From contig OZ244207.1 of NCBI GenBank assembly GCA_965216875.1, positions 1,472,001 through 1,536,000 of the forward strand: DNA of 64,000 bases, in the 5' to 3' direction. Source of the stretch: Rubripirellula sp. (GTDB lineage: Bacteria; Planctomycetota; Planctomycetia; Pirellulales; Pirellulaceae). The notes under the pieces are model-generated. The model worked only from the letters and a program-made list of their open reading frames with translations, was not told the DNA's origin and did not search any database. The position numbers were made by a program, and so were the translations under genes. Positions 1-8,262 of this stretch are shown in pieces; position 1 is the first letter of the stretch; each line of letters starts with the position of its first letter.

Positions 1-789
1 CCGAAATCGATCGCGGCTTGGGATGGCGAGCATGAGAAGCTCTCGGAGGTTGATGCGGTGGTTCATTTGGCGGGCAAACCGATCGCCGGACGTTGGAACG
101 ACCAATTCAAACAAGAAGTTTTTGAAAGTCGCGTCCCCAAGACTCGGGAGCTTTGCGAAAAGCTTGCGAGTCTTTCAAGCAAACCTAAGACGCTTCTATG
201 TGCTTCGGCGACAGGCGTCTACGGAGACCGCGGCGACGAGGAATTGACCGAAGACTCTGCCCGCGGCGACAACTTTTTGGCCGATGTTGCGTCGCAGTGG
301 GAACAAGCTTGCTCCCCCGCGTCGGATGCGGGCATTCGAGTGGTCAATGCACGGTTTGGAATGATCCTTTCACCCAAAGACGGCGCGCTCAAGAAAATGT
401 TACTGCCAGCCAAGTTCTGTGGCGGCGCGCTTGGAAATGGAAAGCAGTGGTGGGGCTGGATTGCGTTGGAAGATGCGATCGGCGCGATTTACCACGTGTT
501 GCAAACGCCCTCGCTTTCCGGGCCCGTCAACTTTGTCGCCCCTGATCCATGCACCAATCGCCAGTTCGCCGCGACGCTCGGTTCGGTCGTTCGCAGGCCT
601 GCTCTGTTCCCAGCACCTAAGTTTGGGCTTCGAATCGCGTTGGGCGAAATGGCCGATTCGTTGTTGTTTGCCAGCACGCGGGTGACGCCAACCCGTTTGC
701 AACAATCGCGGTACCGGTATCGATTCACCGACCTGGGCGATGCCCTCAGCTTCTACCTTGGCCGGCCACGATTGGCCTCGGCCGAATGA
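1..789 (+). CDS. TIGR01777-family NAD-dependent epimerase/oxidoreductase (5' end outside window)
   Basis: Frame is open from base 1 (PKSIAAWDG...DAVVHLAG). Motifs ASATGVYGDRGDE, FLADVASQWE, LGNGKQWWGWI, SGPVN and a C-terminal DUF1731-like segment (LLFASTRVTP). Confidence 0.9.
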   Translation, partial: PKSIAAWDGEHEKLSEVDAVVHLAGKPIAGRWNDQFKQEVFESRVPKTRELCEKLASLSSKPKTLLCASATGVYGDRGDEELTEDSARGDNFLADVASQWEQACSPASDAGIRVVNARFGMILSPKDGALKKMLLPAKFCGGALGNGKQWWGWIALEDAIGAIYHVLQTPSLSGPVNFVAPDPCTNRQFAATLGSVVRRPALFPAPKFGLRIALGEMADSLLFASTRVTPTRLQQSRYRYRFTDLGDALSFYLGRPRLASAE

Positions 790-802
790 ATGGTTGTCAA
801 AA

Positions 803-911
803 CACTCTCCCTTGGGAGAGTCGGGCTCTAAGGCCCGGAGAGGGTTTGTTTTGTCTCGATCATTCCCTCCCCGGACTTTAGCGTCCGACCCTCCCGCAAG
901 CGGGAGGGTGA
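803..911. repeat. REP-like palindromic element (CCCTCCC/GGGAGGG family)
   Basis: Nested hairpins ctctcccttgggagag and accctcccgcaagcgggagggt. A related copy lies in the opposite orientation at about 59822-59862. Confidence 0.7.
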
Positions 912-1266
912 TATTTGGAACGCGCGTTAACTCGGGCAAGCACTTCTAAGGGGGCACGCCACTGCTGATGGGGGATCGGGAATGGGCACGTGTCGATCTG
1001 TCCAGCAGTTGGGTGGCCCCCTCGTTCTTGATTGATCAACAGAGTGCTTGGTCAATTGCATCTGGTCGTCAGCCGAGCCATCCTATACGGATCGACGCTG
1101 TTCGAACGAATCGCCTCCGTAGAGTCCTCTTTGGTTTTTATTCAACATGGCGATTTGGATTGGCGGGCACATGGTGCGCCCCAACAAGCGTCCGATCGTG
1201 CCTAGACGTCGCACGCCTTCCGCAGAGTCGTCGACAATTTGCTGAACTTATTCTTAACACTTTGAA

Positions 1267-2523
1267 ATGGATAAACCGATGCGCCGCGCCAAACGCTTCC
1301 TGTTGGTCGTACCCCTCCTTTCCGGTCTGCTCGTACCGTCGTTTGCACTAGGTGACACCTGGACTGACGTCTCGGGCAAGCACACCATTGAAGCCAAATT
1401 CCTGAGCGTCGCTGGTGGCAAGGTCTATCTCGAAAAGGCGGACGGCACTCGTATTGCTGTACCAATCAAACAGCTTTCGCCAGAGAGTTTGGCTCAGGCG
1501 AAGGCCGCCTATGAAGCTTCCAAGGGTGCAAGTTCGACAGCGGTCGTGCCACGCGATGCCTCGATGAAGGCAGCTTCGGCGCCATCCGGAAAAAGCAAGC
1601 TTGGGTCAAATCCGACGGCTCGCGAAACGGCCGAAGCTCTTACCGCTGCCGTGGCCGAATTTGACATGGTGACAATGTGGGATGCCTTCCCACCGAAGTA
1701 CCAGGACGACATCACCGGCACGATCCAACTCGCCGCAAAATCGATCGACTCGTCGATGTGGAACAGCGTCACCGGTCTGCTGAAGAAGGCAAGCCGCCTC
1801 GTGTCGGAGAAGAAAGAGTTTTTCATGGGCAACGCGATGATCGGCCAACAGATGCCGCCAGGTCCTGAGACCGATAAGGTTTGGGATGCAAGTGCCGCCC
1901 TGCTTGCCGCCTACGTGAACTCGAGCATCACCAACCAAAACACAATGAAGAGTTTTGATATGGATAACTTCATTGCCAAGGACGTGCCGAAGCTTCGCGC
2001 AGCTTACACCGAGCTACAAGCGTTGACCGAAGACCTTGATGATTCGCCTTTCGGCCAGATCTCGGAAGTCCCGACCATCGAAGTCGTTTCCGAAAGCTCC
2101 GACAAAGCAGTCTTCAAGGTCACGACCAACGGCGAGACCGAGGAGCAAACGGTCGTCAAAGTTGACAACCGCTGGCTACCCGAGGATATGGTTCGCGACT
2201 GGGACAAAGAAATCCAAAAGGCCCATGAGAGCCTGAAGCAACTTGCTACGCCTGAAGGACAGCAGGGAATGATGCAAGCACAAATGATGCTTGGCATGGT
2301 GGGTGGTCCCATTGACCAAATGCTCGCCGCAAATTCGCAACAGGAATTTGACAACGTGATCAACGGCATCATGCAGATGGCGATGGGCATGATGGGTGGC
2401 ATGGGCGGACCCGGAGGCCCAGGTGGTTTTGGACCTGGCGGTCCCGGTGGCTTCGGACCAGGCGGCCCCGGTGGCGGACCACCTCCAGGATTTGGTGGCG
2501 ACGCGTTTCCCGATGACTTTTAA
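1267..2523 (+). CDS. Secreted SHD1-domain protein with Gly/Pro/Met-rich tail
   Basis: Signal peptide, then TWTDVSGKHTIEAKF...VYLEKADGTRIAVPIKQLS (SHD1 pattern common in planctomycetes). C-terminal GGPGG repeats. Confidence 0.8.
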   Translation: MDKPMRRAKRFLLVVPLLSGLLVPSFALGDTWTDVSGKHTIEAKFLSVAGGKVYLEKADGTRIAVPIKQLSPESLAQAKAAYEASKGASSTAVVPRDASMKAASAPSGKSKLGSNPTARETAEALTAAVAEFDMVTMWDAFPPKYQDDITGTIQLAAKSIDSSMWNSVTGLLKKASRLVSEKKEFFMGNAMIGQQMPPGPETDKVWDASAALLAAYVNSSITNQNTMKSFDMDNFIAKDVPKLRAAYTELQALTEDLDDSPFGQISEVPTIEVVSESSDKAVFKVTTNGETEEQTVVKVDNRWLPEDMVRDWDKEIQKAHESLKQLATPEGQQGMMQAQMMLGMVGGPIDQMLAANSQQEFDNVINGIMQMAMGMMGGMGGPGGPGGFGPGGPGGFGPGGPGGGPPPGFGGDAFPDDF

Positions 2524-2548
2524 ATAACGCTGATTCTCGAGCGATACC

Positions 2549-2591
2549 AACGTCGCGTGGCGATCAATCGATTGATTCGCTACGCGACGTT
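2549..2591. terminator. Long hairpin between convergent genes (putative bidirectional terminator)
   Basis: aacgtcgcgtggcgatcaatcgattgattcgctacgcgacgtt is an almost fully paired inverted repeat. No clear U-tract. Confidence 0.5.
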
Positions 2592-3375
2592 AACCGGTTT
2601 CCGCTACCTCCAACGCCCGTTCGACCTGTCTTTTAAGGCGTTGAAGCAAGTCCCGAGGCGCAAGGATTCGTACTGTTGCTCCCGGCCCCTCATCTATCGG
2701 GTACACGCCAAGTTGAGCAGCCGGATACTCTGAAGCGGTTGCCTTGAGAATTGGCCCAATCTTGCCTTCGCCCATATCAGTGCGTATCTCCAGTTTCTCG
2801 AATTGGGAGGGGCCCAGGCCGTGGGACTTGGAAAGCGAGAGCAAGAACTTTTCGATCATCGGATTCAGCTCGCGAGGAATTCCTGGAAAGGCGCTGACAT
2901 TGCCAATCGTAAAGCCTGGCGCCGCGCCCATGATGTTTTCGATAACGACAGCACCTTCCGGGAGCAAAGCCATTTTTAGACGATGCTCGTTCAGTTCTAG
3001 TTTGGTTGGATCTTTCCCCTCCTTTCTTGCTGTGGCTTGGCGGCGTTCATAGAACGATTGCAACTGCCGAACTGCTTCAGGATGTTCGAGCCGTTTTACG
3101 CAGAACGCGTCCGCAATGCACTCGGCAGTGATGTCATCGTGAGTTGGTCCAAGTCCTCCGCTCACGATGACATGTTCATAACGCTCCCGAAGGTGATCGA
3201 CAGCCGAAACGATTTCATTGTGGACATCCTCGACGACCCTAGCCTCGATGATCCTCGCATCGTAGGGACTTAGATGCCGTGCAACGTTCTGTAAGTTGGC
3301 ATCCCGAGTGTTGCCGTTAAGTACCTCATTAGCGACAACCAGCATCGCCCATCTTCTTACCGGAGAAGCCGTCAT
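2590..3375 (-). CDS. CinA N-terminal / COG1058 molybdopterin-binding-fold protein (putative ADP-ribose/NAD(H)/FAD pyrophosphatase)
   Basis: ANEVLNGNTRDAN, SGGLGPTHDDITAE, MALLPEGA and FPGIPRE motifs. No C-terminal NMN deamidase domain. Confidence 0.88.
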   Translation of the reverse strand: MTASPVRRWAMLVVANEVLNGNTRDANLQNVARHLSPYDARIIEARVVEDVHNEIVSAVDHLRERYEHVIVSGGLGPTHDDITAECIADAFCVKRLEHPEAVRQLQSFYERRQATARKEGKDPTKLELNEHRLKMALLPEGAVVIENIMGAAPGFTIGNVSAFPGIPRELNPMIEKFLLSLSKSHGLGPSQFEKLEIRTDMGEGKIGPILKATASEYPAAQLGVYPIDEGPGATVRILAPRDLLQRLKRQVERALEVAETG

Positions 3376-6300
3376 CGGTTTGTATCCTTGACCTGTTCAA
3401 ACAACTTGATGAACTCGCGTCTCGTTACGTCCGCGAGTTTGCTTGGTTTGATGTCTTTCGACTTAAGCAACAATCGGAGCAATGTGTCGGCAAGCTGGGG
3501 TGAGTACTTTATGTAGTTCTTGATCTTCGACCGTTCGATCACCTTCGCTTCTCTGGTATCCAGTTCATCGATGGTGAGGTTCGACAGCGGAACGTCAAAC
3601 TCGAGTTTGCCTTCACTTGACGGCAAGCGGCAAACTGGGATGCCAATACCTCGACGGAAACGCGAGATTTCAGCGTTGGGCGAGGTGAGGTAGTTCAGGA
3701 TTTTGCATCCAACTTCAGCAGTGCCTTGAGCCACATTAGGGGGAATGGCTAGATACCATTGGCCTGCCGTAGTGATGCGACCTGGCAGATTACGCGCCTT
3801 TAAGTTCACGTTTTCAAGATCCTGGGACAGGTCGTTGGCAAGCTTGTCCGAAAGATCTTGAGCCGTGGAAAACCACTGCCTCCATACGGTGGCGGTGCGG
3901 TCGACTTGAAACGCCTCTGGGTCAGGTGAACCGGCGGCAAGCAGCTTCGAGTAACGCCGACTCTCAAAGGACTTGCGCAGTAGTCTGCAAAAAACGGTTC
4001 CCGACGCGATGGCCACTTCGTGATGATTCCCTTTCTTGTTCATGTCCGGAATTGACCATGCGTAGTGGTCCCCTCGAGCATCGTGTTTGAAAAAATCGTC
4101 GCCCATCTGATAAGCGAAGATCTCAAGGAACAGTGAATTAATGTTCTCCACAACGCCAAAAGGGCAGTCAAATCTGATCGAGGGGTTTACCTTGTCGGCC
4201 TCGCGTGCCATCGCTTCCCAAGGGTTGGGATCTGAATAGATTTTTTTGAGTGTTCCGCTACCATCATCGCGATAGCACAAGAACGAAATGTTGTCATAGA
4301 AGGGAACAGCAGTGAACTCCTTTGAGGAGTTTAACCAGACTTGGCGGCTGATTCGTTTTGGCAGGCTTTGGATTGCGCCACCGAATGCCGATTGTGGAAG
4401 TCGTTTGCTAAGCGTGCTCTCGGGGGTTCGCTTCCAATCTTGCTCGAGAGTCGCAGGTTGTTTTATTCTCGTTCGACCGGCCTTACGAATCTCTGAGACC
4501 TGAAAGGAGTCCAAGGCGACGATGGGAAGTCCGGGAAGCGCCGAATCGTGACTCGCTTCAAAGGCGAAGAATGCGGCATCGCGGTCAAGCGACCGGACGG
4601 TAACTTCAGGAGCTAGCGTCGACGTGAGCACTTCCTTTTGATTGTTCAGATAGTCATCCATGCGATAGCTTTCAAGTGGAACGACGAGTCGAACAGGCTC
4701 TTCTTGCACCCTACCGGACAGGTCCGTCGCAAGCATTCGCTCAAGGGGTTGAGTTGCCAGGCCTGACTCCGACTCTGGTATCAATTCAACTGATTCCCAT
4801 CGGTGACTCATCCTCGGCGTTTTGGTTACCCGAAGTAACATACGACGACGCCCGAGAAGTTCTTTCGGCTCAATTTCCAGCAACATGTCGGCGGCTTCAT
4901 GGATCGCTCTGCAAATGCTGGACGACTGCAAGTCTTCGACTTTGCGATCCGTTGCAAGGATTGCAACCTGTCGGCGGCGAAACCAACGAATCAGTGATGG
5001 CCCGAAGTCTGGTTCAAGATCCAGTAGTGGGCTGAGGTGGCTCCATTCCGTCGGCGCATCGAGCAACACTCGATCGATGATCGTTCCGTCATCTCTTGCC
5101 TGTTCCCAGACATCTTCCAGGTGTTTAAATAGCTCCCCCGCACTTCCAAAGCCCGGTTTCAGCTTGAGCGTGTCGATCTGTTTCTGCAGATAAATGTTAC
5201 CGCGTGATAGAAACGTATTCTCATCAGGCGCTAGCTCCTGCGCTCGATACAAGAGGTTGTTTCGAATCGCGCGTTTGACCGACTTGGACGCTAATCGATG
5301 ATCGATCTCTGATTGCTCAAATCGCATGCTCACAACGAGTCCTTTGCGATTGAGATTGTCGGATCGCGATCCAGAGGGCAGCAGCTTTTTTGATTGCTGA
5401 GTTGTTCGCCGCACCGCTGGGTCACAAAAATCTTGCTGGTTGAGCCAACTGGCGAAGGCTAGGCCCAAGTGCGTTTTGAACGTCCCAATCGGACCTGAAA
5501 CCAAGATCAGATCACCCTGCCGCACGGACTTTTCGCCCAAGTGACGATCCAAGCTTGGCAGTCCAAAGTAGCCATCAGAGCTTCCGTCGCTCGGCAAGGA
5601 TCTTACGACTCGTACGCTATCGATCGAATCGATCGCAGCAGCAGTGAGCGAGATACGGATGCCCTCACCGGATCGGATCGCAAAAAACTGCTGCCCACGA
5701 ATCTCACGCTGGAATCGGGATTTCGTGACAGCCAAACTGCGTTTGGTGTAGTCACCTGCTTTTTGGTAACCCAGTCGAATCACAGTATCGGCGATGTCTT
5801 CGCCGAAACCGAGCCAACGCTCGTCGTCCTCTTCTGCAACGAGCACAACGTTCGCGCCTGTGTCGCAAGCCTTGCGGAGTGCAGCGTACATCAGCCGCCG
5901 CGGCTTGGATCGCTCTGGATCGCTCTCGGCCTGGTCGTCCAGAAGTAACGCATTGACCGGATCAATAAAGATCGCTCGCGGGCCATCGGGAACCATGTTT
6001 TCCGAAACAGCCTTAAGAGCGTCCAGTACGGTTTCAAGCGGCATCGGAGCATTGGCGGTGTCCTTCTTCGCGCCGTTGCCTGAAGCCTTTTCTTCCGTGT
6101 CCGTGTCATCGCTGTCCTGAACTTGGTGAGTCAGCGCACACAAAACGCCGAGTGACTTAGGCGATGAGACCACTTCGTTGGGATCGTTTTCACGCGTCTG
6201 GTAAGCTGCAACGCGTGAGGCTTCGAGTCGGAATCGTCGATCGATTGAATCGGGAGACATCGATTCCAACATGTATCGAACGTCTCGCGCGGTCAGTTCT

Positions 6301-7496
6301 AATCCGAAATACCAAGCGGTTCCGCCCTTGGCCGCAACCTCTGCAGCGAGTTGCAATGAGAGAAGAGACTTCCCCGTGCCGTAGCCACCGCGTACCAAAA
6401 CGACGCGGCCCCGTGGGATATTGGTCTCATGGGTGGTGTAGAACGCAGGTGTGTCGCAAAAATTGATGCCGCCACCACCAAACAGATCGTCGAAACCCGG
6501 GATCATGGTGGGGAGGCCAAACAGGTTTGAGATCATGTACTCAAGATCGATCTCAACCGGCACGAATCGAAACCTGCCCTGACGAGAATGTGTCGTGATG
6601 TATTTGCACAACAGGCAAGTTGCAATGAAACCATGACTTTCGGGGGTCAAGCCGTCACTGCGTCTGACCCTACCAGCTTTCCGCAACCGAGTCGAAAGAT
6701 CTTCATAGAGCACGGTCCGCGATCGATGGTTTTTGTGAGGAATGATGTCCTCTAGCGAATGTGCAAACGTTCGGAACGTTTCCAACGCATCGACTTCGCT
6801 ATTGATGCCGTACATGCGGCGAATCGTCCGGCGAAGCCAGTAGTTGCGAACTGCGGGTTCGACGGAATCGCCGAAGACCAGTTCGCCCACTTCGTGAAGA
6901 CTGAAAAAAAGGAAGTGCGAATCTCGTTTCTGCCGATCAAGCTTGCGAGACACAAGCTCTGCGCCAAGGCAGCTGACAAGCTCTTCGGTCTGCTTGGAGT
7001 CCAGCCCGAGTCGCTTGCTCGTCAGGAACGCGGCGAGTACGGATGTGTTTCTATCGGTCCTCCATTTCGCTGCTTTGATTGTTGCGTCGATTTCAGCGCT
7101 GTGCCGTTCGAGCCACTGTTCAAGTTCGCCGTATTTCTTTTTGTCGGTCGAGTAGCGTTTCAGCAAGGCCGCGAGGTGCGGAAAGTCGTCATTGCCAATT
7201 CGTGACCGCAACTTTGGCAAACACTCGACAAGCTCCAGATAGCCCACGACCTCCTTGGAGACGTCTTCCACAATGCTCTTGGAACTTTGGTGTTGCGCGC
7301 GATCTTTTGCTTTATGTATCGACTCGAGTGCTCGGTTGAGATGCTTGTGCGAATTGAAAAGGCGGTTGAGTGTGACGCCCTGTTCGGCGTCGCAATCCCA
7401 CTGAGCGAGCACAAACACGGTCGTGAATCGAGCCATCGACTCAAAGTCGTCGCCAACGTGTTTTCGAACAAACGCTTGGAGCGGAGAAGCTGTCAT
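3372..7496 (-). CDS. Double-domain KaiC/RecA-like ATPase fused to a C-terminal solute-binding-protein-like domain
   Basis: Domain 1: GLPTMIPGFDDLF, VVLVRGGYGTGKS, AIFID, RSLAVTKSR. Domain 2: FGLPSLDRHLG, LILVSGPIGTFKT, VLLD, RVTK. C-terminus: AVPFYDNISFLCYRDD and GQWYLAI...KILNYLTSP, resembling family-1 SBPs. Confidence 0.8.
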   Translation of the reverse strand: MTASPLQAFVRKHVGDDFESMARFTTVFVLAQWDCDAEQGVTLNRLFNSHKHLNRALESIHKAKDRAQHQSSKSIVEDVSKEVVGYLELVECLPKLRSRIGNDDFPHLAALLKRYSTDKKKYGELEQWLERHSAEIDATIKAAKWRTDRNTSVLAAFLTSKRLGLDSKQTEELVSCLGAELVSRKLDRQKRDSHFLFFSLHEVGELVFGDSVEPAVRNYWLRRTIRRMYGINSEVDALETFRTFAHSLEDIIPHKNHRSRTVLYEDLSTRLRKAGRVRRSDGLTPESHGFIATCLLCKYITTHSRQGRFRFVPVEIDLEYMISNLFGLPTMIPGFDDLFGGGGINFCDTPAFYTTHETNIPRGRVVLVRGGYGTGKSLLSLQLAAEVAAKGGTAWYFGLELTARDVRYMLESMSPDSIDRRFRLEASRVAAYQTRENDPNEVVSSPKSLGVLCALTHQVQDSDDTDTEEKASGNGAKKDTANAPMPLETVLDALKAVSENMVPDGPRAIFIDPVNALLLDDQAESDPERSKPRRLMYAALRKACDTGANVVLVAEEDDERWLGFGEDIADTVIRLGYQKAGDYTKRSLAVTKSRFQREIRGQQFFAIRSGEGIRISLTAAAIDSIDSVRVVRSLPSDGSSDGYFGLPSLDRHLGEKSVRQGDLILVSGPIGTFKTHLGLAFASWLNQQDFCDPAVRRTTQQSKKLLPSGSRSDNLNRKGLVVSMRFEQSEIDHRLASKSVKRAIRNNLLYRAQELAPDENTFLSRGNIYLQKQIDTLKLKPGFGSAGELFKHLEDVWEQARDDGTIIDRVLLDAPTEWSHLSPLLDLEPDFGPSLIRWFRRRQVAILATDRKVEDLQSSSICRAIHEAADMLLEIEPKELLGRRRMLLRVTKTPRMSHRWESVELIPESESGLATQPLERMLATDLSGRVQEEPVRLVVPLESYRMDDYLNNQKEVLTSTLAPEVTVRSLDRDAAFFAFEASHDSALPGLPIVALDSFQVSEIRKAGRTRIKQPATLEQDWKRTPESTLSKRLPQSAFGGAIQSLPKRISRQVWLNSSKEFTAVPFYDNISFLCYRDDGSGTLKKIYSDPNPWEAMAREADKVNPSIRFDCPFGVVENINSLFLEIFAYQMGDDFFKHDARGDHYAWSIPDMNKKGNHHEVAIASGTVFCRLLRKSFESRRYSKLLAAGSPDPEAFQVDRTATVWRQWFSTAQDLSDKLANDLSQDLENVNLKARNLPGRITTAGQWYLAIPPNVAQGTAEVGCKILNYLTSPNAEISRFRRGIGIPVCRLPSSEGKLEFDVPLSNLTIDELDTREAKVIERSKIKNYIKYSPQLADTLLRLLLKSKDIKPSKLADVTRREFIKLFEQVKDTNR

Positions 7497-8242
7497 CGAG
7501 CCGAATTCCTACGGAGGCCAATACGTTCTTGAAAGCCAGTTTTTTTCGCAGGAAGCGCCTTGAGAGAAAGCCGCAAGTCGTATTGTTTGTTCATGATTGC
7601 GTTGGCAGGCGCTGCGGTTAGGACTTCAGGGCGGTGTGCAGGCGAATGTTCCACCGCAATAGCAAACGCAGCTGGCTCAACCACTTCAGTATTGAAAACG
7701 GTTTCGTCTTGCGATTCTTCGATGGGGGCTTCGTCCGCTAGCTCAACCGGTTGTGGCAGTGCATTGACTTCCTCGTCGCATCTCCCCTGGTCATCGCAAC
7801 CGAATACCTTGCCGCCATGTTTGAGTGTGAGTGCGAGTGAATTGAAATAGATAACAGCTGTCCGCAAAACATCGCTTGGTGAGGGCACGTGGTCATGTTT
7901 GTCCTTCATGTGTGCCTTGATGACTGCAATCAGGTTCGCGTGCCTTGGTTGTTTCGCGATTAGCAAGTTCTTTGTGAATCCGCCCGTCTGATCGTTCGAG
8001 CTCATTGCGAGCGATTTGATCGGCGATGCCACGTAGTAGGTTTCGCTTTGGTCAGAGTTTGAAACCAACAGTTGCTTTTCGCGATCGATTTCAAGAAGGC
8101 GGCGCAATAGATCAAGCGCTATACACAGCGATTCCGGGCGACCTTTGTTTCCATGCAGCTCGCGTGATATCAGGCAAAAGCTGTCTCGATCACTCTCGTG
8201 CAGTCGAAAGGAAAAGCGTTCCTTGGATTTTTTTTCAGACAT
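7493..8242 (-). CDS. Hypothetical protein with two ribbon-helix-helix-like repeats
   Basis: ERFSFRL...ESLCIALDLLRRL and SPSDVLRTAVIYFNSL...GGKVFGCDDQG resemble CopG-type RHH modules. ATGA overlap with the KaiC gene. Confidence 0.55.
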   Translation of the reverse strand: MSEKKSKERFSFRLHESDRDSFCLISRELHGNKGRPESLCIALDLLRRLLEIDREKQLLVSNSDQSETYYVASPIKSLAMSSNDQTGGFTKNLLIAKQPRHANLIAVIKAHMKDKHDHVPSPSDVLRTAVIYFNSLALTLKHGGKVFGCDDQGRCDEEVNALPQPVELADEAPIEESQDETVFNTEVVEPAAFAIAVEHSPAHRPEVLTAAPANAIMNKQYDLRLSLKALPAKKTGFQERIGLRRNSAR

Positions 8243-8262
8243 TGTCTTGCCTATCGTTGACC

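Noticed and set aside
3372..7496. Circadian clock kaiC
   Set aside because: No kaiA or kaiB in the window, no evident S/T phosphosite pair, an altered second Walker A, and large extra domains.
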